Source of the DNA: Hydrogenophilaceae bacterium
GTDB taxonomy: Bacteria; Pseudomonadota; Gammaproteobacteria; Burkholderiales; Thiobacillaceae
Assembly: GCA_031426735.1 (NCBI GenBank)
Contig: JASJPK010000048.1
Span: forward strand, 92,607 to 156,606
DNA: 64,000 bases
Direction of reading: 5' to 3'
Shown: positions 31,618 to 41,756 of the stretch, piece after piece
Numbering within the stretch: position 1 is the stretch's first letter
Layout: each line of letters starts with the position of its first letter
Translations under genes and position numbers: made by a program
Notes under the pieces: generated by a model
What the model saw: only the letters and a program-made list of their open reading frames with translations
Databases searched by the model: none
What the model was told of the DNA's origin: nothing

Positions 31618-33403
31618 AGCGACTGCGGTCGGCCAGCCAGGCGCGCCAACCGCCGTAAGTCGTGATGTCTTCCGCATCGGCCACGCCGAGGCCTTCGCAG
31701 ATGAAGCCGTTCACTGTCGTGCCATCCGCCAGTTCCAGCTTGCCGATGCCGAGTGGCGCGGGAATGCCGGCGACGAAGGAGCCGAACTGGCTGGCGGGCA
31801 TTTCCCACACTTCGCAAGCGATGGCTGCGCCGCCTTCCGAGACCTGGATCAGGCCTGGGCGTTTGCCGTCGGGCAGCGCGTAGAAACGGTATTTCGGCGC
31901 GGTCTGCGTGGCTTCGAGCAGGCGGGCCTGGCGTTGCGTGAGCTGGAAATTCAGCGGCAGGCCGGACAGGTGGGCGCCGACCACGGCGACCTTGATCTGG
32001 CTGCTGGGATGCAAGTTCAAGGTTTCTGTCGCCGGCAGACCATGTTGCGTGGCGCCGAGTTTGTCGCTGGTTATCCGCTGTAGTCGCGCGGCCAGATGCA
32101 GCAAGGGCGCATCCTGATGCGGCGGCGCGATCAGCGTGACGCCGAATGGCAGGCCATCCGCCTGAAACCCGGCCGGAACGGCGGTGGCAGCCAGATCCAG
32201 CAGGTTCATGAAGTTGGTGTAGTAACCCAGATTGGCGTTCAGGCGAATCGGGTCGGCCTGCATTTCCGCGACGGTGTAGATCGTGCCGGCGGTCGGCGTC
32301 AGCAGCACGTCGATGTTGTTCCAGACCGTGTCGCATTGCGCTTTCAGCGCGCGCAACCGGTAAAGACCAGCGAAGGCGTCGGCGGCGGTTTGCGTTTTGC
32401 CGCCGGCGATGATTTCGCGCACTGGCAGGAAAACCTGATCGGCGTGCGCGTCAAAGAAGTCGCGGATGGCTAGGTAGCGTTCCGCCACCCAGGCGCCGCC
32501 GTAGAGCAGGCGGGCGGTTTCCAGAAACGGCGCCAGGTCGATTTCGACTGGGACGCCGCCGAGAGATTGCATTCGCTCCACGCTTGCCTCGAACAGCCAC
32601 GCTGCCTCGGTATTGCCGAAGAATTCCAGGTCTTTCGCCAGCGGTACGCCGAAACGGAAGCCGGCGGCGCGGCCGAAATCGTAGCCGTGTGCGGCCAATG
32701 GACGCGAAAAAGGGTCTTGCGGATCATGACCGGCCGTCACCGCCAACACGCGTTCTGCATCCTCGGCGGTCAGCGCGAAGATCGACACTGCATCGAGCGA
32801 GCGGCAGGCCGGCACGACGCCGCGCGTCGACAGCGCGCCGCAACTCGGCTTGTGCCCGATCAGGTTGTTGAACGCCGCCGGCACGCGGCCGGAACCGGCG
32901 GTATCGGTGCCCAGCGAAAAACTGGCCAGACCCAGCGCCACCGCCACGGCGGAACCGGAACTGGAGCCGCCGGAAATGTAGTCCGGGTTGAACGCATTGC
33001 GGCAGGCGCCGTAGGGCGAGCGCGTGCCGTTCAAGCCGGTGGCGAACTGGTCGAGATTGGTCTTGCCGAGCGGGATCGCGCCGGCGTCGATCAGACGTTG
33101 CACTACCGGTGCCGATGCGGCCGGCGTGTAGGCGTAGGCCGGGCAGCCCGCCGTGGTCGGCAGACCGGCCAGGTCGATGTTGTCCTTGATCGCGAACGGA
33201 ATGCCATACAGCGGCAGGTCGTTCTTGCCCGCGAGGCCGGCGGCATAGGCGTGCAACGTGTCGGCGTCGAGGCGGCTGATCCAGATCGCGTGCGGGTCAT
33301 CGCCCTGCATGGGTGGCAGCAGATGCTCCACCAGTTGCATCGGCGTCAGTTCGCCGCTGCGATACAGGCGTTGCAGGTTGGCAATGTTGAGGCTGATGTT
33401 CAT
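31607..33403 (-). CDS. allophanate hydrolase (amidase-signature enzyme)
   Basis: Amidase signature (GGSSSGSAVAVA) and the allophanate hydrolase C-terminal domain. It is the last gene of the carboxylase operon. Confidence 0.9.
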   Translation of the reverse strand: MNISLNIANLQRLYRSGELTPMQLVEHLLPPMQGDDPHAIWISRLDADTLHAYAAGLAGKNDLPLYGIPFAIKDNIDLAGLPTTAGCPAYAYTPAASAPVVQRLIDAGAIPLGKTNLDQFATGLNGTRSPYGACRNAFNPDYISGGSSSGSAVAVALGLASFSLGTDTAGSGRVPAAFNNLIGHKPSCGALSTRGVVPACRSLDAVSIFALTAEDAERVLAVTAGHDPQDPFSRPLAAHGYDFGRAAGFRFGVPLAKDLEFFGNTEAAWLFEASVERMQSLGGVPVEIDLAPFLETARLLYGGAWVAERYLAIRDFFDAHADQVFLPVREIIAGGKTQTAADAFAGLYRLRALKAQCDTVWNNIDVLLTPTAGTIYTVAEMQADPIRLNANLGYYTNFMNLLDLAATAVPAGFQADGLPFGVTLIAPPHQDAPLLHLAARLQRITSDKLGATQHGLPATETLNLHPSSQIKVAVVGAHLSGLPLNFQLTQRQARLLEATQTAPKYRFYALPDGKRPGLIQVSEGGAAIACEVWEMPASQFGSFVAGIPAPLGIGKLELADGTTVNGFICEGLGVADAEDITTYGGWRAWLADRSRFSA

Positions 33404-33444
33404 GGCTAGTCCTTTTTCCTGGAAACCTCAGTGAGTGGCGACTC

Positions 33445-33505
33445 GTAGGAGCGCCTTCCAAGGCGCGAAAGTCCGGAACAATCGCGCCTTGGAAGGCGCT
33501 CCTAC
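33445..33505. repeat. REP-A (GTAGGAGCGCCTTCCAAGGCGCGA-N13-TCGCGCCTTGGAAGGCGCTCCTAC)
   Basis: 24-bp perfect inverted arms. It lies between the carboxylase and allophanate hydrolase genes. A near-identical copy is at 42078-42136. Confidence 0.85.
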
Positions 33506-33526
33506 GACACCGGCAACTGCAAGTCC

Positions 33527-33565
33527 GTAGCCCGGATGCAGGCCGAAGGCCGGAATCCGGGCTAC
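33527..33565. repeat. REP-C (GTAGCCCGGATGCAGGCCGAAGGCCGGAATCCGGGCTAC)
   Basis: Imperfect palindrome adjacent to REP-A. A partial copy is at 4595-4624. Confidence 0.7.
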
Positions 33566-33576
33566 GGCTTCGCGAT

Positions 33577-36500
33577 TCAATCCACCACCAGCACCAGCAA
33601 ATCCTGCCCGGCGCTGACCTGGCCGCCTTCGCGGCAGAACACCTGGTAAATCGTGCCGTCGCAGGGCGCGGCCACGCTGAATTCCATCTTCATCGACTCG
33701 ACGATGACCAGCGGATCGCCCGCTTTAACCTTTGCACCGGGCGCGGCCATGATTTTCCAGACGTTGCCGGCGATATGGCTGGCGACGGCGCGGCCGTGTT
33801 CGGGCAGGTCGAGTTCGCTGTCGGTGGCGGCTTCGGCGACGCTGGCGTCGGTGGCGTAGTCGGCCTGGCCGGCGGCTTTCCAGCGCTCGCGTTCGGCTTC
33901 GAAGGCGGTTTGCTGCTGTGTCTTGAAGGCGGCGATGGACGCGGCGTTGTCGGCCAGGAAGCGGTTGTAGTCGGCCAGCCGGAAGGTGGTTTCCTCGATG
34001 CGCAGCTTGTAGCGGCCGAGCGGGAAGTCCTCACGGATTTGCAGCAATTCCTCGGCGCTGACCGGGTAGAAACGAATCTGGTCGAAGAAGCGCAGCAGCC
34101 ACGGTTTGCCGGCGGTGAACTGTGCGGCGCCCTGACGTTCATCCCGCCAGCGATTCCACATCTGCAAGGTGCGGCCGACGAACTGGTAGCCGCCGGGGCC
34201 TTCCATGCCGTAGACACACATGTAGGCTCCGCCGATGCCGACCGCGTTTTCCGGCGTCCAGGTGCGCGCCGGGTTGTACTTGGTGGTAACCAGACGATGG
34301 CGCGGATCGACCGGCGTCGCCACCGGCGCACCGAGATAGACATCGCCCAGGCCCATGACCAGATAGCTCGCCTCGAACACGATGCGCTTCACTTCGTCGA
34401 TGGAGTCCAGATCGTTGATGCGGCGGATGAATTCGATATTGGACGGGCACCACGGCGCGTCCTTGCGCACCGACTGCATGTACTTCTCGATCGCCAGCCG
34501 CGTCGCGGCGTCGTCCCAGGACAGCGGCAGATGGACGATGCGAGTCGGTACTTCCATGTCCTCGATGGCGGGCAATTGCCGTTCCACCGCCAGCAGCAGG
34601 TCCATCAACCGGTCCAGCGGCAACCTGCGCGAGTCGTAATGCACCTGCAGCGAGCGAATGCCGGGGGTCAGATCGAGGATGCCGGGAATGGCTTCGGTTT
34701 CCAGCCGGGTCATCAACGCATGCACGCGGAAGCGCAGATTCAGGTCCAGCACCAGCGGGCCGTATTCGATCAGCAGGTACTTGTCGCCGGCGCGCCGGTA
34801 GACGACTTCGACCGGGTTTTCGGTGAGCGGCGTGCGGTGCAGGATGGGTTGGGCAACCGGGTTTTCTTCGGACGTGGCGGATGCGGAACCGTCGCCAAAT
34901 CCCCCCTGCCCCCCTTTTTCAAAGGGGGGAGACAGCGTCGCAATCGCCGCGTCCTGCGCCGCTTCCAGCCGTTCCGCGTCGGCCTGCGACAGTCGCACGA
35001 AGCGCACCGTATCGCCCGGCCGCAACTGGCCCATCTTCCACAGTTCCGCCTGCACGATGGTGGCCGGGCAGACGAAGCCGCCCAGGCTGGGGCCGTCCGG
35101 GCCGAGGATGACCGGCATGTCGCCGGTGAAATCGACCGCGCCGATGGCATAGGCGTTGTCGTGGATGTTGGACGGATGCAGGCCCGCTTCGCCGCCGTCG
35201 CGCCGCGCCCATTCCGGCTTCGGACCGATCAGGCGCACACCGGTGCGACTGGAGTTGTAGTGCACCTCCCAGTCGGTGGCGAAGAACATCTCGATGTCGG
35301 CCTCGGTGAAGAAGTCCGGCGCGCCGTGCGGGCCGTAGAGCACGCCGATCTGCCAGGCGTGGGTGTAGGGCACGGCCACTCCCCCCTTTGTCAAAGGGGG
35401 GCAGGGGGGATTTAGCGACGGTTCCACTTGCGCAATGTCCGGCGAAATCCCTGATGGAACTTCCAGCCAACTGACTAAGCCGCCAAACGACGGCGGCCAA
35501 GTCTCTGGCTGCCCTAGCCCCCCTTTTTCAAAGGGGGGAACAGTTTGAGCAAGATCGAGGTGGATATGCAGCACATCCCCCACCCGCAGCGTTCTTCCGG
35601 CATGTCCGCCGAACTGCCCCAGCGTGAAGGTGGACTTGCTGCCTAGGTAGTCCGGCACGTCGAATCCGCCGCGCACGGCCAGGTAGGCGCGGGTGCCGGT
35701 GTCCTTGATGGCGCCGAGTTTCAGGATCGAACCGGCCGGTATGGCATGGGCGGCCCAGTTGGCCAGCGGCTGGCCATCGAGTTCAGCGCCCATATCGGCG
35801 CCGGCCAGCGCGATGACGGCGTCGGTGTTGAAGCGCAGCGTCGGGCCGGCGACAGTGAGTTCCAGGCCGGCGGTGCCTTCTGCATTGCCCGCCAGCCGGT
35901 TGGCCAGGCGGAAAGCCAGATGGTCCATCGGACCGGACGGCGGCACGCCGACGTTCCAGTAGCCGGTGCGGCCGGGCCAGTCCTGAATGCTGCTCTGCAC
36001 GCCCGGTTCGATGACGTCGAGGGTCGCCGGCCGGTAGCGGAAGGCGTTCAGGTAGCGCGTGGTCTGGCGACCTTCGGCAAATACGTTGTCGGCCAGAATC
36101 TGGCGCAGGTATTCCAGATTGCATTCGATGCCGGCGATGCGGGTGTCGGCAAGCGCCTGTTGCATCTTGCTGAGTGCTGCGGCGCGGTCGTCCGCCTTGA
36201 CGATGATCTTGGCCAGCATCGGGTCGTAGAACGGTGGCACTTCGCTGCCGCGTTCGACCCAGGTTTCAATCCGAGCCTGTGGTGAGAACTCGACCTGGGT
36301 CAGCACACCGGCGGCGGGTTGGAAGTCCTTGCCGGGGTCTTCTGCATACAGACGCACCTGGATCGAAGCACCCTGCGGCGCGGCATGGAAGCCGCTCAAA
36401 TCCAGTTCGCCGGCGGCCTCCCGCACCATCCATTCGACCAGATCGACGCCGCTGACTTCCTCCGTGACGCCGTGCTCGACCTGCAAGCGGGTGTTCACTT

Positions 36501-37362
36501 CCAGAAAATAGAACTGGCCGCTTTGCGTGTCATAGACGAATTCCACGGTGCCGGCGGAGCGGTAGCCGACCGCCTGGCCCAGCCGCACGGCGGTATCGAG
36601 CAGGTTCTGCCGTTGCGCGTCGGTCAGGCCTGGCGCCGGGGTTTCCTCGATGACCTTCTGGTTGCGCCGCTGCACCGAGCAATCGCGCTCGCCCAATGCG
36701 ACGACATGCCCTTTGCCGTCGCCGAAGATCTGCACTTCGATATGGCGCGCGTGTTCGACGTATTTCTCCAGAAAGATGCCGGCTTCCTTGAAGTTGGCGC
36801 GCGCCAGCCGCTCCACCGACTGGAACGCCTCAACCAGTTCGTCGGCGCTCCAGATCAGCCGCATGCCGATGCCGCCGCCGCCGGCCGTGCTCTTCAGCAT
36901 CACCGGATAGCCGATGCGCGCGGCTTCCGCCTGGGCGTGGCCGGCGTCGCTCAACAGGCCGGAGCCGGGCAGCAGCGGCACATGATTGGCTGCGGCCAGA
37001 TCGCGCGCCGTGTGCTTGAGGCCAAAGGCGCGCATCTGCTCCGGGCTGGGGCCGATGAAGGCGATGCCGGCGGCGGCGCAGTCTTCCGCGAAACCGGGGT
37101 TTTCCGACAGGAAACCGTAGCCGGGATGGATCGCCTGCGCGCCGCTGGCTTGCGCGGCTGCCAGGATTTTTTCCGCGCGCAGATAGCTTTGCGCCGCCGG
37201 GCCGGGACCGATTTCGATGGCCGCGTCGGCCAGGCTGACATGCAGCGAATGCCGGTCGGCCTCGGAATACACCGCGACCGATTTGACGCCCATGCGGCGC
37301 AGCGTGCGGATGATGCGGCAGGCGATGGCGCCGCGATTGGCGATGAGTACGGTATCGAACAT
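33577..37362 (-). CDS. urea carboxylase-family biotin enzyme, probably guanidine carboxylase
   Basis: 1261 aa. It has a biotin carboxylase N-terminus ([20 protein letters not shown]), KipA/KipI-like carboxyltransferase domains and a C-terminal biotinyl domain (VESMKME). It sits in an operon headed by a guanidine-I riboswitch and contains in-frame palindromic repeat insertions. Confidence 0.9.
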   Translation of the reverse strand: MFDTVLIANRGAIACRIIRTLRRMGVKSVAVYSEADRHSLHVSLADAAIEIGPGPAAQSYLRAEKILAAAQASGAQAIHPGYGFLSENPGFAEDCAAAGIAFIGPSPEQMRAFGLKHTARDLAAANHVPLLPGSGLLSDAGHAQAEAARIGYPVMLKSTAGGGGIGMRLIWSADELVEAFQSVERLARANFKEAGIFLEKYVEHARHIEVQIFGDGKGHVVALGERDCSVQRRNQKVIEETPAPGLTDAQRQNLLDTAVRLGQAVGYRSAGTVEFVYDTQSGQFYFLEVNTRLQVEHGVTEEVSGVDLVEWMVREAAGELDLSGFHAAPQGASIQVRLYAEDPGKDFQPAAGVLTQVEFSPQARIETWVERGSEVPPFYDPMLAKIIVKADDRAAALSKMQQALADTRIAGIECNLEYLRQILADNVFAEGRQTTRYLNAFRYRPATLDVIEPGVQSSIQDWPGRTGYWNVGVPPSGPMDHLAFRLANRLAGNAEGTAGLELTVAGPTLRFNTDAVIALAGADMGAELDGQPLANWAAHAIPAGSILKLGAIKDTGTRAYLAVRGGFDVPDYLGSKSTFTLGQFGGHAGRTLRVGDVLHIHLDLAQTVPPFEKGGLGQPETWPPSFGGLVSWLEVPSGISPDIAQVEPSLNPPCPPLTKGGVAVPYTHAWQIGVLYGPHGAPDFFTEADIEMFFATDWEVHYNSSRTGVRLIGPKPEWARRDGGEAGLHPSNIHDNAYAIGAVDFTGDMPVILGPDGPSLGGFVCPATIVQAELWKMGQLRPGDTVRFVRLSQADAERLEAAQDAAIATLSPPFEKGGQGGFGDGSASATSEENPVAQPILHRTPLTENPVEVVYRRAGDKYLLIEYGPLVLDLNLRFRVHALMTRLETEAIPGILDLTPGIRSLQVHYDSRRLPLDRLMDLLLAVERQLPAIEDMEVPTRIVHLPLSWDDAATRLAIEKYMQSVRKDAPWCPSNIEFIRRINDLDSIDEVKRIVFEASYLVMGLGDVYLGAPVATPVDPRHRLVTTKYNPARTWTPENAVGIGGAYMCVYGMEGPGGYQFVGRTLQMWNRWRDERQGAAQFTAGKPWLLRFFDQIRFYPVSAEELLQIREDFPLGRYKLRIEETTFRLADYNRFLADNAASIAAFKTQQQTAFEAERERWKAAGQADYATDASVAEAATDSELDLPEHGRAVASHIAGNVWKIMAAPGAKVKAGDPLVIVESMKMEFSVAAPCDGTIYQVFCREGGQVSAGQDLLVLVVD
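34897..34929. repeat. REP-D (AAATCCCCCCTG + CCCCCCTTTTTCAAAGGGGGG) inside the carboxylase CDS
   Basis: Palindromic core plus arm. It is translated in frame as [13 protein letters not shown]. Confidence 0.8.
35381..35413. repeat. REP-D copy, inverted orientation, inside the carboxylase CDS
   Basis: CCCCCCTTTGTCAAAGGGGGGCAGGGGGGATTT, translated as [12 protein letters not shown]. Confidence 0.8.
35518..35538. repeat. REP-D core copy inside the carboxylase CDS
   Basis: CCCCCCTTTTTCAAAGGGGGG, translated as PPFEKGG. Together with 35381-35413 it brackets about 104 bp. Confidence 0.8.
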
Positions 37363-37438
37363 GTGTCCTCGCTCGCGGGTCGTCCCGCATGCATTTCGTG
37401 CGCTGGACAGGTCGTCCTGTCGCGGCGTTGTTTTTCTT

Positions 37439-37533
37439 CCCCCTTTTTAAAGGGGGATCGAGGGGGATTTGAACGAGGGTCGATCTGGCCGCCCGCGCTA
37501 AATCCCCCCCAGCCCCCTTTTTTCAAAGGGGGG
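37439..37533. repeat. REP-D inverted doublet (REPIN-like) between the UAAP2 and carboxylase genes
   Basis: CCCCCTTTTTAAAGGGGGATCGAGGGGGATTT ... AAATCCCCCCCAGCCCCCTTTTTTCAAAGGGGGG. The second core contains the TGA stop (37523-37525) of the upstream gene. Confidence 0.8.
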
Positions 37534-38188
37534 TGTGCTTTGAGTCCCACACCAGAAACTGCACCGGCGTCGGGTTGTAGGCGTTGCACGGGTTGTTCAG
37601 TTGCGGGCAGTTGGAGACCAGCACCCAGACGTCCATCTCGGCGTGCAATTCGACGTACTTGCCCGGCCCGGAAACGCCATCGGCGAATGTCAGGTCGCCG
37701 TTTTCGGTGACTGGCACGTTCATGAAGAAGTTGATGTTGGGCACCAGATCGGCCTTGGAAAGGCCCGAGTCGGAATGCTGCATGGCGAGCAGGTAGTTGT
37801 CGCGGCAGCTGTGCATGAACTTCTTGCTCAGCGCGTAGCGCACCATGTTGCTCTCCGCCGCGCAGGCGCCGCCTAGCGTGTCGTGGCGGCCGCAGGTATC
37901 GGCGACGATGCTGAGCAGGGGACGCCCCTCGCTGCTATAGAGCACGGAACCGGTGGTCAGGTAGATGCCGCCCTGGCGCAGCATGGTTTCGGTGGCGCTG
38001 TAGTGCTCGTTGGTGTCGTGCCGGTTGTAGAAGATCACGTCGGCGGCCTGGTTGCCATCGAGGTCGACGATGCGCAGGGTCTGCCCCTGCTTCACTTCAT
38101 GCAGCCAGGGTTCGCCGGCGGGCAGCACGACGCTGTGGATGGCGTCGGCGGGATTCAGCGGGCTTTCCTGGATTCGGATGGCGGTCAT
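37523..38188 (-). CDS. urea-carboxylase-associated protein 2 (DUF1989), candidate carboxyguanidine deiminase subunit
   Basis: ATG at 38188 after AAGGAGGA (MTAIRIQESPL). The sequence is DUF1989-like, paralogous to the upstream gene. The N-terminal extension in the ORF track reads through a REP (..SRLRGNDG..). Confidence 0.85.
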   Translation of the reverse strand: MTAIRIQESPLNPADAIHSVVLPAGEPWLHEVKQGQTLRIVDLDGNQAADVIFYNRHDTNEHYSATETMLRQGGIYLTTGSVLYSSEGRPLLSIVADTCGRHDTLGGACAAESNMVRYALSKKFMHSCRDNYLLAMQHSDSGLSKADLVPNINFFMNVPVTENGDLTFADGVSGPGKYVELHAEMDVWVLVSNCPQLNNPCNAYNPTPVQFLVWDSKHTPL

Positions 38189-38206
38189 GGCATCCTCCTT
38201 GTAAAT

Positions 38207-38308
38207 CCCGTCATTCCCGCGAAGGCGGGAATCCAGTCCTGGCAACGGTCTGCATCAATATAACAATCGGATTCAGGAACTGGATTCCCGCATGCGCGGG
38301 AATGACGG
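38207..38308. repeat. REP-B inverted doublet (REPIN-like)
   Basis: CCGTCATTCCCGCGAAGGCGGGAATCCAGTCCTG ... CAGGAACTGGATTCCCGCATGCGCGGGAATGACGG. Two hairpins in inverted orientation flank about 45 bp of lower-GC sequence, between the two DUF1989 genes. Confidence 0.85.
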
Positions 38309-38342
38309 AATGGGTGCGCGGGTTCTTTGAGCATTTCAACAC

Positions 38343-39077
38343 TTACACCAGATATTGCAGATCGGTCAGTTGCAGCGCGCGCCCGCATTCCGGGCGGAAG
38401 GCGCGGCAATAGTCGTCGGCCGCAGCCGGGCCGGAACGCCAGGCGCTGACGCCGACCGGCGCCGGGGCGTAGTCCGGACGCGGGTCGAGCGGATGCGGCG
38501 CGCTGGAAACGGCGACGATGACATCCATGTCCAGGCGCAGGTCGACGGCATCGCCGGCCCTGGCGTGGTTTTCGTGAAAGCGGAAACCGCCTTGTTCGTC
38601 GACGCTGACCTTGCTGAAGAAATTCACCGGCGCGACCAGATCGCGCCGGGTCAGGCCGTATTTGCCGATCTCGATCAGCAGGCCGTCCTTGCCGGCGCGG
38701 TACATGCCGTTGCGGTGCTGCTGGTAGTTGTGGGCGCCGTACTTGGCGTGCATCCGTTCGGCGTCGAGCAGCAGCCCGAGCGGATCGTGCCAGCCCAGGC
38801 TGTCGGCGGTGACCGAAGCCATCGCGCAGCCCATGTCGCTCATCAGCACATGGCCACGCGTGTAGTGCGCGGTGTGCTGCGCCTTCAGCGAATCGGGCAT
38901 GTTGTAGCGTTCCAGCTTCTGGCCGGCGTTGTACAACACCAGCGCCAGATTGGCGCCGTCGGCCTTGGCGGTCAGGCGCAGCGTGACGCCGCGCGGCAAG
39001 CGCCAGGACCAGTGGCAGCCGCCGGGAACGGTTTCTTGCCAGAGCAGTTTTTCGGGGGGGATGGTCGCTAAGGTCAT
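38343..39077 (-). CDS. urea-carboxylase-associated protein 1 (DUF1989), candidate carboxyguanidine deiminase subunit
   Basis: 244 aa, DUF1989-like. There is a 4-bp overlap with the upstream ATPase gene. Confidence 0.85.
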   Translation of the reverse strand: MTLATIPPEKLLWQETVPGGCHWSWRLPRGVTLRLTAKADGANLALVLYNAGQKLERYNMPDSLKAQHTAHYTRGHVLMSDMGCAMASVTADSLGWHDPLGLLLDAERMHAKYGAHNYQQHRNGMYRAGKDGLLIEIGKYGLTRRDLVAPVNFFSKVSVDEQGGFRFHENHARAGDAVDLRLDMDVIVAVSSAPHPLDPRPDYAPAPVGVSAWRSGPAAADDYCRAFRPECGRALQLTDLQYLV

Positions 39078-39913
39078 GCCGCCACCCCGCCCAGATTGAG
39101 TTGATCGAGCATGTCCTGATCGGTCTGCATGCCGGAGGTCTCCTTGATGCGTGCCAGGATTTCCTTTTTCAGCGCGAGGAATTCCGGCGTGTGTTTCATG
39201 TCCTGCTCGCGCTCGGCAGGCAGCGGCACGGTGTAGATGCTGTCGATGCGGCCCGGACGCGGCGCCATCAGCACGACGCGGTCGGCCAGGTAGATCGCTT
39301 CCTCGACGTCGTGCGTGACGAAGGCGATGGTCGGTTTTTCCAGCTTGTGCACATGCAGGATCAGGTCGTGCATGACTTCCCGCGTCTGCGCGTCGAGCGC
39401 GCCGAACGGCTCGTCCATCAGCAGGATCTGCGGCCGCCCCATCAAGGCGCGGGCGATGGCGACGCGCTGCTGCATGCCGCCGGAAAGCTGGTTGGGATAG
39501 GCGTTGGCGGCGGCATTCAGACCCATCAGGCCGAGCAGCGCATCGGCGCGGCCGGAAGCCGCTTCGACATCGCTGTCGCTCAGATTTTCGCGGCCATGGC
39601 GCAGTTGCCGGCTGAACTTGATGTTCTCCATCACCTTCAGCCAGGGATACAGGCTGTAATGCTGGAACACCATCGCCCGCTCGGCGCCGGGGCCGGCGAC
39701 CGGCCGGCCATCGGTCAGCACCTCGCCGGCGGTGTGGTATTCGAGGCCGCCGATGATGCGCAGCAAGGTCGATTTGCCGCAGCCGGAAGCGCCGACGAAG
39801 GTGACGAATTCGTTGTCGGCGATGTCCAGGCTGACGTCCTTGAGCGCCTCGACGGTGTGCGGGCCGTAGCCGAACACCTTGCCAACCTGCTGGATGGAAA
39901 TCTTCGTGCTCAT
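39074..39913 (-). CDS. ABC transporter ATP-binding protein (NitT/TauT type)
   Basis: Walker [10 protein letters not shown], signature LSGGMQQR, Walker B LLMDEP. The ATG at 39913 overlaps the permease stop (ATGA). The longer ORF 39074-40690 is an artefact. Confidence 0.9.
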   Translation of the reverse strand: MSTKISIQQVGKVFGYGPHTVEALKDVSLDIADNEFVTFVGASGCGKSTLLRIIGGLEYHTAGEVLTDGRPVAGPGAERAMVFQHYSLYPWLKVMENIKFSRQLRHGRENLSDSDVEAASGRADALLGLMGLNAAANAYPNQLSGGMQQRVAIARALMGRPQILLMDEPFGALDAQTREVMHDLILHVHKLEKPTIAFVTHDVEEAIYLADRVVLMAPRPGRIDSIYTVPLPAEREQDMKHTPEFLALKKEILARIKETSGMQTDQDMLDQLNLGGVAA

Positions 39914-40725
39914 GATCTGAGGTACAGCCAGGGAAAGGCCTTGCGGTGGGCGAAACGGAACATCTGGTCCATGACCAGGCCGATCAGGCCGATCAGGATG
40001 ATGCCGACGAAGATCTTGTCGGTCTGCAGAAAGCGCTGCGCCTTCAGGATCGAGTAACCGAGGCCGGAGTTGGCCGCGACCAGTTCCGCCACGACCAGAT
40101 AGGTCCACGCCCAGCCCATGGTGACGCGCAGGGTGTCCAGCAGCGCCGGCTTGGCGGACTGGAAAATGACCTTTTCGATGACCTCGCTGCGCGTCGCGCC
40201 CATGGTCTGCGCCGCCTCGATCTGCGCCTGCGGCACGCGCCGCACGTCCTCGGCCATCATCAGCAGCATCTGGAAGAAGGTGCCGATCCAGATGATGGCG
40301 ATCTTGGACGATTCCTCGATGCCGACCCACAACATGACCAGCGGAATGAACGCCACCGCCGGCATGTAGCGGATGAAATCGGTGAGCGGTTCCAGAAACG
40401 CCTGCACCGGGCGGAAGGTGCCGACCAGCAGGCCGAGCGGCAGCGCGATGATGGCGGACAGCAGAAAACCTGCCACCACGCGCCAGACGCTGACCCAGAC
40501 GTCGTCCATCAGGTCGTCTTCGGCGTACCACTGCAGCAGGCGGTGAAACACGTCCGGCGGGCCGGGCAGGAACACCTTGTCGACGCCTTCCCCGCTCGCC
40601 GCGAACCACCACAGCGCCAGCGGCGCGAACAGTCCGAGCAGCGCGAACAGCCAGTACTGCGCGGGCGACAGCGGGCCGCGGATGGTCCACATGCCGGGGC
40701 GGCGGGGGCGTGAGCGGGGCGTCAT
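39910..40725 (-). CDS. ABC transporter permease (NitT/TauT type)
   Basis: 271 aa, six hydrophobic segments, EAA-like loop (EAAQTMGATRSEV). Confidence 0.9.
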   Translation of the reverse strand: MTPRSRPRRPGMWTIRGPLSPAQYWLFALLGLFAPLALWWFAASGEGVDKVFLPGPPDVFHRLLQWYAEDDLMDDVWVSVWRVVAGFLLSAIIALPLGLLVGTFRPVQAFLEPLTDFIRYMPAVAFIPLVMLWVGIEESSKIAIIWIGTFFQMLLMMAEDVRRVPQAQIEAAQTMGATRSEVIEKVIFQSAKPALLDTLRVTMGWAWTYLVVAELVAANSGLGYSILKAQRFLQTDKIFVGIILIGLIGLVMDQMFRFAHRKAFPWLYLRS

Positions 40726-40740
40726 GCGATTTGCCAGGGC

Positions 40741-41733
40741 TTATTTGACGCCGGCCGCTTCTTTGACCAGCGAGGCATCCAGCCCCTTGGCGTAATCGAC
40801 CTTGCCTTCCATCAGCTTGTTGTCGACCAGGAACTTGGCGATGGTCGGGGCGACGCCCAACAACGAGGTCGCGTCGGTCGCCGGGCCGAATGCCTGCAGG
40901 TTGGCTTTCTGGTCGAAGAAGCGGGTGCCGGGCAGGAAGATCTTGTATTCCTTGGCCTCCATGCCGACCACCTTGGCCATGATCTTGGCGGCTTCATCCG
41001 GGTTGGCCTGGATGAATTTCTCGGTGTCGTACCAGGCCTTGATCATGCCGACGAAGTCCTTGCGCTTGGCTTTGATGGATTTCTCCTGCGCCACCAGCAG
41101 GTCGGGAATCAGGCCGGGCACATCCTTCGAGGTGAACAGCGCCTTGCCCTTGCCACTGCTCTGAATCTTGTTGACCCACGGGTTCCACACCACGGCGGCA
41201 TCGACGCGGCCGGCCATGAACGCGGCGGCGGCATCACCGGCGGACATGTTGACCACCTGCACGTCCTTCAGGCTCATGTTGTTCTTGGCCAGCGCCATGG
41301 TGAGCAGGAAGTGCGACACGCTGAATTCTTCCAGCGCGATCTTCTTGCCCTTCAGTTCGGCGAACGACTTGATTTTCGGGCTGACCAGCAGCGCATCGTT
41401 GCCGGCCGAGTTGTCGTTGACCAGAATGGTCTTCAGCGCCAGGCCCTTCGACAGCGGCGCCATGGTGTCGCTCCAGGTCTGCGAGTTGGCGTCGACCTGG
41501 CCGGCGGACAGCGCGCTGATCGAATCGGTGTAGTTGGCGAACCAGACCAGCTTCACGTCGGCGCCATGCTTCTTGAAGTAGCCCTTCTGCTCGGCGACAT
41601 ACCAGGCTACCCAGCCCGGCCAGTCGGACAGGCCGATCTTGACTTCGGCCGCGGCCGGCAGCGGTGCGGCCAGGAAACCGGCGGCTAAAGTGAGGGCGGC
41701 AAGGCCAGGGGAAAGACGTTTGAGAATTCGCAT
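40741..41733 (-). CDS. periplasmic substrate-binding protein of the urea-carboxylase-region ABC transporter (NMT1-like)
   Basis: Signal peptide (..APLPAAAE). NMT1/THI5-like SBP pattern. It is the first gene after the riboswitch. Confidence 0.9.
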   Translation of the reverse strand: MRILKRLSPGLAALTLAAGFLAAPLPAAAEVKIGLSDWPGWVAWYVAEQKGYFKKHGADVKLVWFANYTDSISALSAGQVDANSQTWSDTMAPLSKGLALKTILVNDNSAGNDALLVSPKIKSFAELKGKKIALEEFSVSHFLLTMALAKNNMSLKDVQVVNMSAGDAAAAFMAGRVDAAVVWNPWVNKIQSSGKGKALFTSKDVPGLIPDLLVAQEKSIKAKRKDFVGMIKAWYDTEKFIQANPDEAAKIMAKVVGMEAKEYKIFLPGTRFFDQKANLQAFGPATDATSLLGVAPTIAKFLVDNKLMEGKVDYAKGLDASLVKEAAGVK

Positions 41734-41756
41734 GACAGGCTCCAGTCGGTTCCGGG

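Noticed and set aside
34897-37533. CCCCCCTTTTTCAAAGGGGGG copies, considered as a CRISPR array
   Set aside because: Spacing is irregular (about 450, about 105 and about 1900 bp), orientations are mixed, the units are palindromic, and no cas genes are present. They behave as REP-like elements.
39914-40690. N-terminal 259 residues of ORF 39074-40690 (538 aa)
   Set aside because: The Arg/Gly/Pro-rich extension overlaps the permease gene in another frame. The ABC ATPase starts at the ATG at 39913, which overlaps the permease stop.
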